Below are positions 29,734-38,913 of a stretch of DNA of 64,000 nucleotides, piece by piece. The DNA comes from Candidatus Babeliales bacterium (GTDB taxonomy: Bacteria > Babelota > Babeliae > Babelales > JBFXEV01), in assembly GCA_050179755.1 (NCBI GenBank), contig JBFXEV010000001.1:1001994-1065993 (forward strand). The letters run 5' to 3'. Numbering within the stretch: the first letter of the stretch is position 1; every line of letters begins with the position of its first letter. A program made the translations under genes and the position numbers. The notes beneath the pieces are model-generated. The model saw only the letters and a list, made by a program, of their open reading frames with translations, was not told the origin of the DNA and made no database searches.

Positions 29734-30801
29734 TTATTTTTGTTCAAATAACTGAATATAGTCTCCATAACCTTCTTTTTGTAGATCTTCTACCGGCACA
29801 AAACGCAGTGCTGCAGAATTCATGCAATAGCGAAGACCTGTTGGCAAGGGGCCATCAGTAAAAACGTGCCCCAAATGTGAGTCAGCTTGTTTACTACGAA
29901 CTTCTGTGCGTGTCATAAACCAGCCGCGGTCTTCTCGCTCAATCACCGCATCGGGCGCAATTGGTTTGGTAAAACTTGGCCAGCCAGTTTTTGCGTCATA
30001 CTTATCTGTTGAACTAAAAAGCGGCTCGCCAGAAACAATATCCACATAAATGCCTGGCGCATTGTTATCCCAGTATATATTGTTGTGCGCAGGCTCGGTG
30101 CCATTTTCTTGGGTTACACTATATTGCAATGGCGTGAGAATTTTTTTGAGTTCTTCTTGAGACGGTTTTTTAAATGTACCCATTTTCTTGGCCCATGCTT
30201 TTTCTATGAATGTATCTCGCCCTGAAAGATAGCGAAACGTTTTATAACGTATTGGATTTTTTTTGTAATAATCTTGGTGATAGTCTTCTGCTGCATAAAA
30301 CTGGGTTGCAGGTAAAATTTCAGTGGCAATTGGTTTATCAAAGCGGCCTGAACTGTTGAGTGTTATTTTTGAATTTTCAGCTTCTCTTTTTTGTTCATCA
30401 GTATGATAAAAAATTGCAGAGCGGTATTGAGGGCCGCGGTCATTAAATTGGCCATCAGCATCGGTGGGGTTAATGTTATGCCAAAACGTATCAAGTAATT
30501 TGCTGTATGAGACCACTTTTGGATCATAGATTACGTGCACTACTTCCACATGCCCTTTTTGAGCGTAATCTTGATAGGTTGGGTTTGCTCCTGCACCACC
30601 CATGTACCCAGATTGCACACTGTGCACGCCTGCAAGTTTTTCAAAAGGCGGCTCCATGCACCAAAAACATCCGCCTGCAAATGTTGCTTGTTCTGTTGCC
30701 ATAGTAGCCCCCTTGGAAGAATCACGTTTAGTACGCGAAGCATAATGATAGAGAAAAAGAAACATAATGAGGCCAAGAAGTATAAGAAATTTTTTTGTCA
30801 T
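29734..30801 (-). CDS. msrAB: Bifunctional peptide-methionine sulfoxide reductase MsrA/MsrB with N-terminal anchor
   Basis: [38 protein letters not shown] before MTKKF. Confidence 0.95.
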   Translation of the reverse strand: MTKKFLILLGLIMFLFLYHYASRTKRDSSKGATMATEQATFAGGCFWCMEPPFEKLAGVHSVQSGYMGGAGANPTYQDYAQKGHVEVVHVIYDPKVVSYSKLLDTFWHNINPTDADGQFNDRGPQYRSAIFYHTDEQKREAENSKITLNSSGRFDKPIATEILPATQFYAAEDYHQDYYKKNPIRYKTFRYLSGRDTFIEKAWAKKMGTFKKPSQEELKKILTPLQYSVTQENGTEPAHNNIYWDNNAPGIYVDIVSGEPLFSSTDKYDAKTGWPSFTKPIAPDAVIEREDRGWFMTRTEVRSKQADSHLGHVFTDGPLPTGLRYCMNSAALRFVPVEDLQKEGYGDYIQLFEQK

Positions 30802-30869
30802 TACATTCTCCTTTTGCATGTACACTTTCAGCGTAGCATAAACTCAGATGCAAAATAAATAAACTGCTT

Positions 30870-31784
30870 TTAGTGAGCGTACGCGTAGCGTGTCTCCAAA
30901 TAACTGCATACGTTATCAAGAGTAGCCTGTAAGAGCGAGCTTTGCAGTTCAGTACTGTTTTCACGATCTCCGCCAAAAAGAGAAAGCAACGAGCTTTTTG
31001 GTTCCGGTTTGACCCATTCAATTTCACCTACTACGATTGCCATTTCCTTTATCTTACGCACAGCATCTGATTGTGAGCCAATTTCATCAATTAAGCCTAA
31101 TTTAAAAGCTTGGTTGCCGGTAAATATTTTGCCGTTTGCCCATTCGCTTGCTTTTTCTTTAGAAAGCTTATGCCGTTGCTTTGCCACATGTTCTATAAAG
31201 TTTTGGTAACTATCGTCTGAAAGGTCTTGCAGCATGGCAAGCTGCTCTGGTGTGGTTTCTATAAATGGATCAGTGCTGTTTTTATAGTCCCCGGAGCTTA
31301 GGTCTTTGTACTCAATATTATGATATTTAAGCAGCTTATCAAATCTAAATTGATAGGGAATTGTTGATCCAATAGAGCCCACAAAGGTAGAGGGTGCTGC
31401 AATGATATAATCGGTACTTGAGGCAATGTAATAAGCACCTGAGGTGCAAATATTTTCACAAAGGGTTATGATGGGCTTTGGGTATTCTTTCTTTAAAAGT
31501 TCAATTTCATGGGCGATAATTTCCCCCGTTGCAGCGGCGCTGCCTGGGCATTCTACACGCAAAAGAATTGCTTTAATTTCGTTATCTTTAAAATATTTGC
31601 GCAGATAGTGCACATAATCAGTGGAATCATAGAGCACGCCTTTGAGCGGCAGGTAGGCAATCTTGGTTTGCGGCTCAAGCATGTTGGTATAGTTTTTCAT
31701 GAAACTTTTAATGATAGGCGGGGCGATTTGCAGGAGTACCAGAAGAAAAAAGAGCGCTTTTAAATAATCAGTAAATTTTGCCAT
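30870..31784 (-). CDS. sppA: Signal peptide peptidase SppA (S49)
   Basis: ILLRVECPG, SGAYYIAS, VGSIG, SGDYK, GKIFTGNQAFKLGLIDEIG. Confidence 0.9.
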   Translation of the reverse strand: MAKFTDYLKALFFLLVLLQIAPPIIKSFMKNYTNMLEPQTKIAYLPLKGVLYDSTDYVHYLRKYFKDNEIKAILLRVECPGSAAATGEIIAHEIELLKKEYPKPIITLCENICTSGAYYIASSTDYIIAAPSTFVGSIGSTIPYQFRFDKLLKYHNIEYKDLSSGDYKNSTDPFIETTPEQLAMLQDLSDDSYQNFIEHVAKQRHKLSKEKASEWANGKIFTGNQAFKLGLIDEIGSQSDAVRKIKEMAIVVGEIEWVKPEPKSSLLSLFGGDRENSTELQSSLLQATLDNVCSYLETRYAYAH

Positions 31785-31885
31785 AATACGTCCTATGTTT
31801 TTGTAGCCAGAGCATTTTTTTCTTAGTATACTAAAATCCTGTAAAAATAATCTGCAAAATGGGCGAGAAAAGTTTGATTTTTTCT

Positions 31886-31914
31886 TTGACTTTTAGGCAA
31901 ATTACCATTACAAT
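31886..31914 (+). promoter_or_regulatory. Sigma70-type promoter for the tRNA cluster
   Basis: TTGACT-17 nt-TACAAT, 26 nt upstream of tRNA-Val. Confidence 0.7.
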
Positions 31915-31940
31915 TTCTTGCATCTAGTTATTGAAATAGC

Positions 31941-32016
31941 GGGCGGTTAGCTCAGTTGGTAGAGCATCAGTCTTACAAACTGGGGGTCACAGGTTCGAGC
32001 CCTGTACCGCCCACCA
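31941..32016 (+). tRNA. tRNA-Val (TAC)
   Basis: Acceptor GGGCGGT/ACCGCCC, anticodon loop CTTACAA, CCA end. Confidence 0.96.
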
Positions 32017-32120
32017 TCCGCCTTCGCGCAGAGCGCTATGGCGTGATGCGCAGATGAGGTTTTAACCGAATCTGAAGGCGTGATGCCACGCCATAGCTCC
32101 AAAAGGAGCGACGGCGGGCT
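32017..32120. repeat. REP-like inverted doublet (family 1) directly after tRNA-Val
   Basis: Near-identical to 1070-1170 including the linker. Confidence 0.85.
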
Positions 32121-32149
32121 GTTTCTTTATTGAAATATAAAAAATTGAT

Positions 32150-32225
32150 TCCTCGGTAGCTCAGCTGGTAGAGCACACGACTGTTAATCGTTAGGTCGCA
32201 GGTTCGAGTCCTGCCCGAGGAGCCA
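32150..32225 (+). tRNA. tRNA-Asn (GTT)
   Basis: Acceptor TCCTCGG/CCGAGGA, anticodon loop CTGTTAA, CCA end. Confidence 0.96.
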
Positions 32226-32269
32226 AACAAACGAAGTTTATTTGGCAACAAGGGCATTTGCCCGGCCTG

Positions 32270-32315
32270 TCCGCCGTAGCTTGCCGAGCCTGAAGGCCCG
32301 GATAAGCGTAGGAGG
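32270..32315. repeat. REP family 1 long-loop variant
   Basis: CCGCCGTAGCTTGCCGAGCCTGAAGGCCCGGATAAGCGTAGGAGGA, similar to 19858-19903. Confidence 0.75.
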
Positions 32316-32390
32316 AAGGAGCCAAAGCTTTGAAAATTCACCTTAACTATGTATACTAACATATATAGTTTATCTTCTCATGAAATATTG

Positions 32391-32468
32391 GGGGCTGTAG
32401 CTCAGTTTGGTTAGAGCGTTCGCCTGTCACGCGAAAGGTCGCGAGTTCGAGTCTCGTCAGCCCCGCCA
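32391..32468 (+). tRNA. tRNA-Asp (GTC)
   Basis: Acceptor GGGGCTG/CAGCCCC, anticodon loop CTGTCAC, CCA end. Confidence 0.96.
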
Positions 32469-32651
32469 TAAGTTACGTTCAGTACTTTTTACTAACAAAT
32501 TGAATGGCGGATAAAGCTCCCAGACGATGTTCCCAGTGGTTATCGATAAGTTCTGAAATAGAAATTTGATAATCAATCGTTTTTCCTCCATTTCTGAACT
32601 CACAAAAATCTCAAAAGCTCAGCTTGCCAGATCCAGTACGTATTTTGCGGT
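32457..32651 (-). pseudogene. C-terminal remnant of a probable large serine recombinase ending inside tRNA-Asp
   Basis: Hand translation TAKYVLDLAS*AFEIFVSSEMEEKRLIIKFLFQNLSITTGNIVWELYPPFNLLVKSTERNLWRG*; family recalled, not searched. Confidence 0.65.
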
Positions 32652-32787
32652 ATTCTTTGCAAATATCATCCTAGCCTGTTATTTTTTCAAGAATTTTGTA
32701 TAGTAAAGACATGCAAGATTTCTTAAAAATAAAAATGATATCAAGTAAAATACGTAATGAAATTCACTGTGCACAAAGGGCCCGGAA

Positions 32788-33396
32788 ATGATATTAAGAA
32801 GCTTAGATGGCAAAAAGCGCTGTTTTGGTGGCCAACCGGGTAAAGAATTTTATGCAGAATATCATGATAATGAATGGGGCATTCCTGTTCATAATGATCA
32901 GCACTTATTTGAAATGCTCATTTTGGAGGGTGCCCAAGCGGGATTAAGTTGGGAAACTATTCTTAAAAGACGTACAGGTTATCGCAAAGCTTTCCATGAT
33001 TTTGATCCAGTTAAAGTGGCGTCAATGAGCGATGCTGAACTGGATGTATTATGTTCCAACCAGGAGATTATTCGTAATAAACGCAAAATATATACCGCAC
33101 GCCAGAACGCTCAAGCTTTTTTACGCATCAAGCAAGAATTTGGATCATTTGATCAGTATCTTTGGGATTTTGTTGGTAGCAAGCCTATGGTAAATCATTG
33201 GCAGCGGTTTGAAGATGTTCCGATTACCACGGTTGAAAGTGATGCATTATCAAAAGATCTCAAAAAGCGCGGGATGGCATTTGTTGGTTCTACAATTATG
33301 TATGCATACATACAGGCGGTAGGTCTAGTCAATGACCACTTGATCGAGTGCTGGAGGTATGGCCATGCTATCGCAGATAAGCAAAATAATTATTAG
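32788..33396 (+). CDS. tag: DNA-3-methyladenine glycosylase I
   Basis: YHDNEWGIP, LFEMLILEGAQAGLSW, IIRN, FVGSTIMYA, NDHL..C. Confidence 0.95.
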   Translation: MILRSLDGKKRCFGGQPGKEFYAEYHDNEWGIPVHNDQHLFEMLILEGAQAGLSWETILKRRTGYRKAFHDFDPVKVASMSDAELDVLCSNQEIIRNKRKIYTARQNAQAFLRIKQEFGSFDQYLWDFVGSKPMVNHWQRFEDVPITTVESDALSKDLKKRGMAFVGSTIMYAYIQAVGLVNDHLIECWRYGHAIADKQNNY

Positions 33397-34412
33397 TTTT
33401 TTGAGGAACTAGCTGATTTAGGTATCCGAGGACTTTCTTTAATTGCTTTATTGATATTATAGATAATATCTCTTTGTAATTGAGCGTCAGGTGCATCAGG
33501 AAAATATTTTTTTGCTAATGCTAATTTATCGCGAACAATTTCTGGAATTAATTGAGCAGCAACAAGCCTTCCCATATCTCTACCAAGAATATTTTGTTTT
33601 TTAGTTAAGGCAATAATTGCCGGTATTACATGCTGAATCTCACTTGGAGAAACTCTCGTGAGTAATATTCTTAGCACTCCGCTAATATTCTGAATAATAA
33701 GTTGTCTTAATTCTTCCTCTTGACGAGGCAATAGCTCTTTTGCAGCATTTAATTTTTGTGTAACTAATTCGGGAACGAGCTGAGCTGCAACAACACTGCC
33801 AACAGTTTGCCCCAGGGCTGGATTAATTAGATGTTGTATTGAGGCAAGGTTTGGCAGTATAGATACTAATTCTAGGGGGGAAACTGATGTGCTTAAAGCA
33901 CGAATAGCTTGAACATTATTCGATTGCCGGGCACCTTGCATTGGAGTCAATTCAAATTTATCAGGTGTGTTAATATTGGCACCATACGCAATAAGAATTG
34001 GAATTGCGTTTGCACCAAGAAACCCAGAAGAAACTGCAGCATGCAATGGTGTTTGGCCATTGTTATCGAGTGCCTCAATATTTGCACCAGCTTGAATGAG
34101 CGTGCTCACGCCCACAGTATTTCCAGCTCTTGCAGCGTGATGAAGAGGTGTTTGGCCTTCTAGATCTTTGTAATGTAAGTCAGCGCCATAGTTAAGAAGC
34201 TGATTAATTTGTTGTATATGGGGGTCTATCTGCTCAATGTTTCTATAATAAGGCACAGATCCGGCTAGACTCAATAATATTTCATTCCTGATATCTTGGG
34301 ATCTCCCTTTACTATCTTGTGTTAACTGTACAGGTTCTTGCATAGCATGCACTAAGCAAGTCTGTGGCAGCATTAAGCCAATTAAGATAAATAACATACG
34401 TTTTCTATTCAT
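33393..34412 (-). CDS. Secreted ankyrin-repeat protein with a duplicated C-terminal helical unit
   Basis: Signal peptide ending VHA-MQE; GQTPLHHAA, GQTPLHAAV. Confidence 0.88.
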   Translation of the reverse strand: MNRKRMLFILIGLMLPQTCLVHAMQEPVQLTQDSKGRSQDIRNEILLSLAGSVPYYRNIEQIDPHIQQINQLLNYGADLHYKDLEGQTPLHHAARAGNTVGVSTLIQAGANIEALDNNGQTPLHAAVSSGFLGANAIPILIAYGANINTPDKFELTPMQGARQSNNVQAIRALSTSVSPLELVSILPNLASIQHLINPALGQTVGSVVAAQLVPELVTQKLNAAKELLPRQEEELRQLIIQNISGVLRILLTRVSPSEIQHVIPAIIALTKKQNILGRDMGRLVAAQLIPEIVRDKLALAKKYFPDAPDAQLQRDIIYNINKAIKESPRIPKSASSSKN

Positions 34413-34596
34413 GGTAATCCTTTTTTATCCGTAAATGAGCAGATAAGCCATATCTGGGGCATACTTTCTCACTTTCAAAGTACCAAATCTGAGGCATAAA
34501 AAGCAATGGTTTGGGGGCAAGAAGCCCCTTTGTTTCAGGTTTTTTACTCTTGAGCCTTGCGCAAATTTTGAGTTGCCTGGGCAAGGTTAGTAATGC

Positions 34597-35289
34597 TTAA
34601 TTATGGCTGTCTGCAGTGCATGAATTATTCTTTAATGCCGCTTTGTGACGCATTTCTAGAAACAATTGAGATGTTTTCAGCCTTCTAACTTTTTCCTTTT
34701 GGTCAGCATCGTGCCATGCATTTTGTAAGTATTTAATTGTTTCATAGCCACCAAAGATAATTCCTGGTATAACGCTCCCTATCACATTAATACTCAATGA
34801 AGCAGCATCAATACTTGTGGGCGTTTGCTGCAGTTGGCAATAGGAAAGTATGCTTAACGTGAGATTTACTACGGAGAAAGCGGTGACAGCTGCTGGAAAT
34901 ACTACTGTTCTATAGCGGGGGCAACACCGTGCACATTTCTTGGTGGCAATGCGATCTTGCTGCAAATTTACTTGCTCGTGAGTATAGTTGAGTGCATGGA
35001 GTAATTGGTGAGTGCACTGCGCAGTATCCGTCTGATTAATCTCGTTTGCATCTTGTTTGAATAGTTGACTGAGTTCCAGTATATTGCCATCTCCTATGTG
35101 TTTTTTTAATTCAACAGATAATGCGGTTGAGGCTTTCCCTTCTTCGATACTAACATTAACTTCAGGGGTCTGCTGGGATATAGTTGCAAGAGCAGTTCCT
35201 TGCACCTCCATCCCATTGAGTGTATGGCCTAATGCACAGGGTAAAACAACTATTGATTTGCATAACAAATATAAAAAGAGATTGTTCAT
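34597..35289 (-). CDS. Hypothetical exported protein with two internal hydrophobic helices
   Basis: Signal-like N-terminus ending LNG-MEV; two TM-like segments. Confidence 0.7.
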   Translation of the reverse strand: MNNLFLYLLCKSIVVLPCALGHTLNGMEVQGTALATISQQTPEVNVSIEEGKASTALSVELKKHIGDGNILELSQLFKQDANEINQTDTAQCTHQLLHALNYTHEQVNLQQDRIATKKCARCCPRYRTVVFPAAVTAFSVVNLTLSILSYCQLQQTPTSIDAASLSINVIGSVIPGIIFGGYETIKYLQNAWHDADQKEKVRRLKTSQLFLEMRHKAALKNNSCTADSHN

Positions 35290-35477
35290 TTATTTTTCTT
35301 TTAAGAGTAAATCTTTTGGTACATAAAAATGCATAATTACAAAGCGTTGTTATTTTATCTGTGCATTCAAGAGTCGATTCATTTTGCCAAAAAAAATTGA
35401 CTTTATGTGTTTGAATAATGCTGCAATAAGCATTTGCTTAGATAAATAATGTGTGTGGTATGCAATGTAGATGTTAT

Positions 35478-35864
35478 TTAGAATGTAAGGCAGGCGGGGG
35501 GAGCTCGTAAAAACCGTGTCGTAAGAGAAATGACTTGTATAAAAGAGGTGAATTCTTCTTTTCTAAGAGTATTGAGTATTTGTAGCTTTAATAAGGTGGG
35601 GACAAATTTTTTAAAGGCAGTGGAAAGCCGCTGAGCAAATAACAATCGTTGGGGTTTGTGATTTTGTAATTGTGTAAGCGGTTGATAGCACTGTGCTTGA
35701 TCAAGGTGGGCTACTTTTGCCGCGGCAGAGATTGCTACTTGCTTGGATGGAGTGCTTGCAACGTATGAAGAATCTTGCGCCTGTGCCCCACGAGGCACTA
35801 AAAATGCCTCGAGTAAAAATAAGATTATTAGAAATTTTTTTAGCACATTAAATCCAGTTACCAA
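35478..35864 (-). CDS. Signal-peptide protein with a C-terminal RAPP motif (candidate ribosome arrest peptide)
   Basis: Hydrophobic N-terminus ending AQA; C-terminus RFLRAPPACLTF. Confidence 0.55.
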   Translation of the reverse strand: MVTGFNVLKKFLIILFLLEAFLVPRGAQAQDSSYVASTPSKQVAISAAAKVAHLDQAQCYQPLTQLQNHKPQRLLFAQRLSTAFKKFVPTLLKLQILNTLRKEEFTSFIQVISLTTRFLRAPPACLTF

Positions 35865-35928
35865 TAGAGTATATATGTTACCTTACCATTCTATGGTAAA
35901 AAGTACAATTGTTTAAACATTAGTAACT

Positions 35929-36408
35929 CTAAAATGTGCGTGGTTCTGTAAAATCGAGCACCTGCGCATTAGTAATGCGCATAAGATCCTGCGTGTTAAT
36001 CTTTAGGGTTGTTTTTGGAGCGCCTGAACCGCCATAACAATACGTGTTTTTTAGCACGGCTTCATCAACGATGGTTGGTACATCAAGATTGATTAAACAA
36101 ACCTCACCAATAGTTGCACCGGTGATTTCTTTAATAGTCTGTGGATCAGCCATACTGATATCTTTAACATCAAGTGCATGTTTTAATTTTTTAAATGAAA
36201 TCTTGGTATTTCCTGCAATAATGGCAGCTAGATAACCATCTTTTGTTTTTAATATGAGGGTAGGTGCAGCTTCGTGAAGTGCAATACCATATTGATTAGC
36301 ACCACTTTGTGCAGTTGCAAGACTAATTTCATCAGTAAGAATAGTAAAGTCTATGTTTTCTTTTTGAAGTAAGTTTTTTAATTGTTCTAATTTAATTGTT
36401 TCATTCAT
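35929..36408 (-). CDS. YbaK/ProX-family aminoacyl-tRNA editing domain protein
   Basis: TLILK, ISMAD, ITGATIGEV, YGGSG. Confidence 0.85.
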   Translation of the reverse strand: MNETIKLEQLKNLLQKENIDFTILTDEISLATAQSGANQYGIALHEAAPTLILKTKDGYLAAIIAGNTKISFKKLKHALDVKDISMADPQTIKEITGATIGEVCLINLDVPTIVDEAVLKNTYCYGGSGAPKTTLKINTQDLMRITNAQVLDFTEPRTF

Positions 36409-36856
36409 ATTTAAATCTCTTTACTATACCAAAATGATAGTTTTTCTTTTCTCGTTCTTTGGTAAGTTCCACAAACGCCCATGCACCCATAAACATAGCA
36501 AGCGCCCGTAAAGCTGTGTCATACTGTGAAACGGGTACGTAGCCTAGAGGTACATACCATCCTATGCTTATCAAATTAATAATTACCACCATGAGTAATG
36601 CCATGGTAATATAGCCGCCAAGCAGAGGTTTTATAAATACAAGCAGCCCTGTGGCAATTTCTAGTGCAGCAAGCATATACATAAATTGTGCCATTTCCAA
36701 ATGCAGTAATTTGGGAATATAGGGGTTAATATAATGCTGCCACTGCGCAAATATATTGCAGCATTTATCAATACCTACAATAATTGAAAATAGGCCATAG
36801 GTATAATACAATATATACCACGCTTTTTGTAGGTGAGCGCGCATTTGCGAGGCCAT
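36401..36856 (-). CDS. DoxX-like membrane protein
   Basis: GIDK...W..YI, EIATGLLV, YDTALR; four hydrophobic segments. Confidence 0.7.
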   Translation of the reverse strand: MASQMRAHLQKAWYILYYTYGLFSIIVGIDKCCNIFAQWQHYINPYIPKLLHLEMAQFMYMLAALEIATGLLVFIKPLLGGYITMALLMVVIINLISIGWYVPLGYVPVSQYDTALRALAMFMGAWAFVELTKEREKKNYHFGIVKRFKYE

Positions 36857-36870
36857 TTTTTGCTCCCGTA

Positions 36871-37764
36871 TTACGTTAACACGCCTTTGGCAAGTAACAA
36901 GTTTTCTATTTCTGTATTATGTTGTTCACGCGCGTAAGAAAGTGCTGTATAGCCTAGGTCGTCTTCACGAGCGATATCAGCATTATGTTCAAGTAAATAT
37001 GCCACAAGCTCTTTATGGTTGCCTTGCACTGCCATAATGAGCGGTGTTTGGCCGTTTTGATCTTGAGCATCGATATTATAACCGTGTGCAGCTAGTAGCT
37101 TTACAATTTCTATGTGCTCTTGCATACAAGCTTCTACCAAGAGTGGTGGGTTTTGTTCATAATTTCTGCAATCTGCACCTTTTGCTAGCAAATAGGCAAC
37201 AATTTCACTATTGCCTGACGCAACAGCATTGTAAAGCGGTGCATATGATTCTTCAGGGCTAAGCGTAACGCCATGTTCTACTAAAAATTGCACAACATCA
37301 AGGTGGCCTGCACGGCAAGCAACGGGCAATGGTGTTTCAAAAGCGTTATACATATTATCCGCAATTGGTTGTGTTTCTTCTTGCACGTTAGCGCCATGAG
37401 CAACAAGTAATTCTAAAAGTGCAAGATGGCCAAACGCAGCTGCTTGATGGAGTGGCGTCCAGCCAGCTTCATAACTTTTTGCATGTACGTCAGCGCCGTG
37501 TTCTAAAAGTAATTTTGCAAGTGCCAGATCGCCTTTTTGTGCTGCTGCATGCAGTGCACTTTCACCTTCATAATCATTTACATTAATGCCTGTTGCAAGC
37601 AATTGTTCAACTTCTTCATATGATCCGTTCATAACGGCATCCCATAATGATGAATAACTAGTTGTCTCTGCCGATTCGGTTTGGATATGAGTAGCATCTT
37701 TTTGCAAGATAATAATGCTCAGTATGGTGATGATGATGCCGGTGGTAAGAAGTTTTTTGAGCAT
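36871..37764 (-). CDS. Ankyrin-repeat protein with N-terminal signal/anchor
   Basis: About 7 ankyrin repeats (GESALHAAA, GWTPLHQAA, GQTPLIMAV, GYTALSYA). Confidence 0.92.
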   Translation of the reverse strand: MLKKLLTTGIIITILSIIILQKDATHIQTESAETTSYSSLWDAVMNGSYEEVEQLLATGINVNDYEGESALHAAAQKGDLALAKLLLEHGADVHAKSYEAGWTPLHQAAAFGHLALLELLVAHGANVQEETQPIADNMYNAFETPLPVACRAGHLDVVQFLVEHGVTLSPEESYAPLYNAVASGNSEIVAYLLAKGADCRNYEQNPPLLVEACMQEHIEIVKLLAAHGYNIDAQDQNGQTPLIMAVQGNHKELVAYLLEHNADIAREDDLGYTALSYAREQHNTEIENLLLAKGVLT

Positions 37765-37941
37765 AGAAGATCCTTTTTTGTTATGTAATTTTATATGCTA
37801 GTTCTAATATAACCAGGTATTGTATGTATAAGCAAGTGCTGTAATGCACAAGAGTTTTTAAAATGTGATTAGTGTTGTGCTATTTGACAGTCGTTTGCAG
37901 TTGTTGCACACTTTGTAATAGTAAAAATGTAAGGATTTGGC

Positions 37942-38913
37942 ATGTCATATACTAGAATATTTTTGTTGGCTCTTTGGCTAACTTGTGCATGTAGGAGCGC
38001 GCTCTCAAGCCCACCATTGCTTGCAGTGCATGATGAAGCAAGTATTTGCAATGCCCTGTGTAATGAACTGCCTTCATTATCTATTCAGTCTTGCAAGTTA
38101 CTTATGAGTGGGTGGGATAATACGGTGGTAGAAGTAAACGGCCACTGGATTTTCCGTTTTCCACGCAAAGAACACATGGCTGTTACTCTTGAGCGTGAAA
38201 TCAAATTGCTTGATCGCCTACAAGGAAAAACATCGCTGTGCGTACCACACTATATTTTTATTGGTAAAGAGGTGGCTATGGTAGGCTATGCAAAATTGCA
38301 GGGAACAGATTTTTTAGCGCCAGATTATGCACTATTAGCAGAGCATGAAAAACAAGATATTGCACAATCGATCGCACAGTTTGCAACGCAACTACATAGA
38401 GCCATTTCTTTTGATGAAGCGCGTGTTCTTGGTTACGGTGACTATTGCCCACCGCTTGATGCTATTGAATGCAACATACTTGGTGCGTTACCTTCTCCAG
38501 AACTTGAATCTATGGTGCAATCTGCGGTTAGGTATGCAAGAAGTCATGCTCGTAAAGCAGCACGCCTTGCTCTTATTCATAATGATTTACATGGCGAAAA
38601 TATGGCATATAATTCTTTAGAAAAAAAAATTGTAGGCATATTTGATTTTTCAGATGTCATTATCGCGGATGTTGCCATTGAATTTGCCAAATTATTTTTG
38701 ATAGATGTTGATCTTGCTCTACGCACAATTTGTGAATATGAACTTTTGACGGGCCATACAGATATGGTGATGGTTGCAGCAACAGATTATGTTATTCGGC
38801 GTGCAACGTATGTGCTTGAATTTAGGCGAAATGGCGAGTTTGCAAAAGAAGCGGAAATGATAAACATGCTTGCATCATTTTTACCTCTATGGCACGAACT
38901 TTCATCTTTTTAA
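37942..38913 (+). CDS. Aminoglycoside phosphotransferase (APH)-family kinase with a signal peptide
   Basis: GWDN, IFRFPR, LIHNDLHGEN, GIFDFSD. Confidence 0.85.
   Translation: MSYTRIFLLALWLTCACRSALSSPPLLAVHDEASICNALCNELPSLSIQSCKLLMSGWDNTVVEVNGHWIFRFPRKEHMAVTLEREIKLLDRLQGKTSLCVPHYIFIGKEVAMVGYAKLQGTDFLAPDYALLAEHEKQDIAQSIAQFATQLHRAISFDEARVLGYGDYCPPLDAIECNILGALPSPELESMVQSAVRYARSHARKAARLALIHNDLHGENMAYNSLEKKIVGIFDFSDVIIADVAIEFAKLFLIDVDLALRTICEYELLTGHTDMVMVAATDYVIRRATYVLEFRRNGEFAKEAEMINMLASFLPLWHELSSF

Noticed and set aside
32036..32362. 108-aa minus-strand ORF
   Set aside because: Antisense shadow of tRNA-Asn and the REP repeats.
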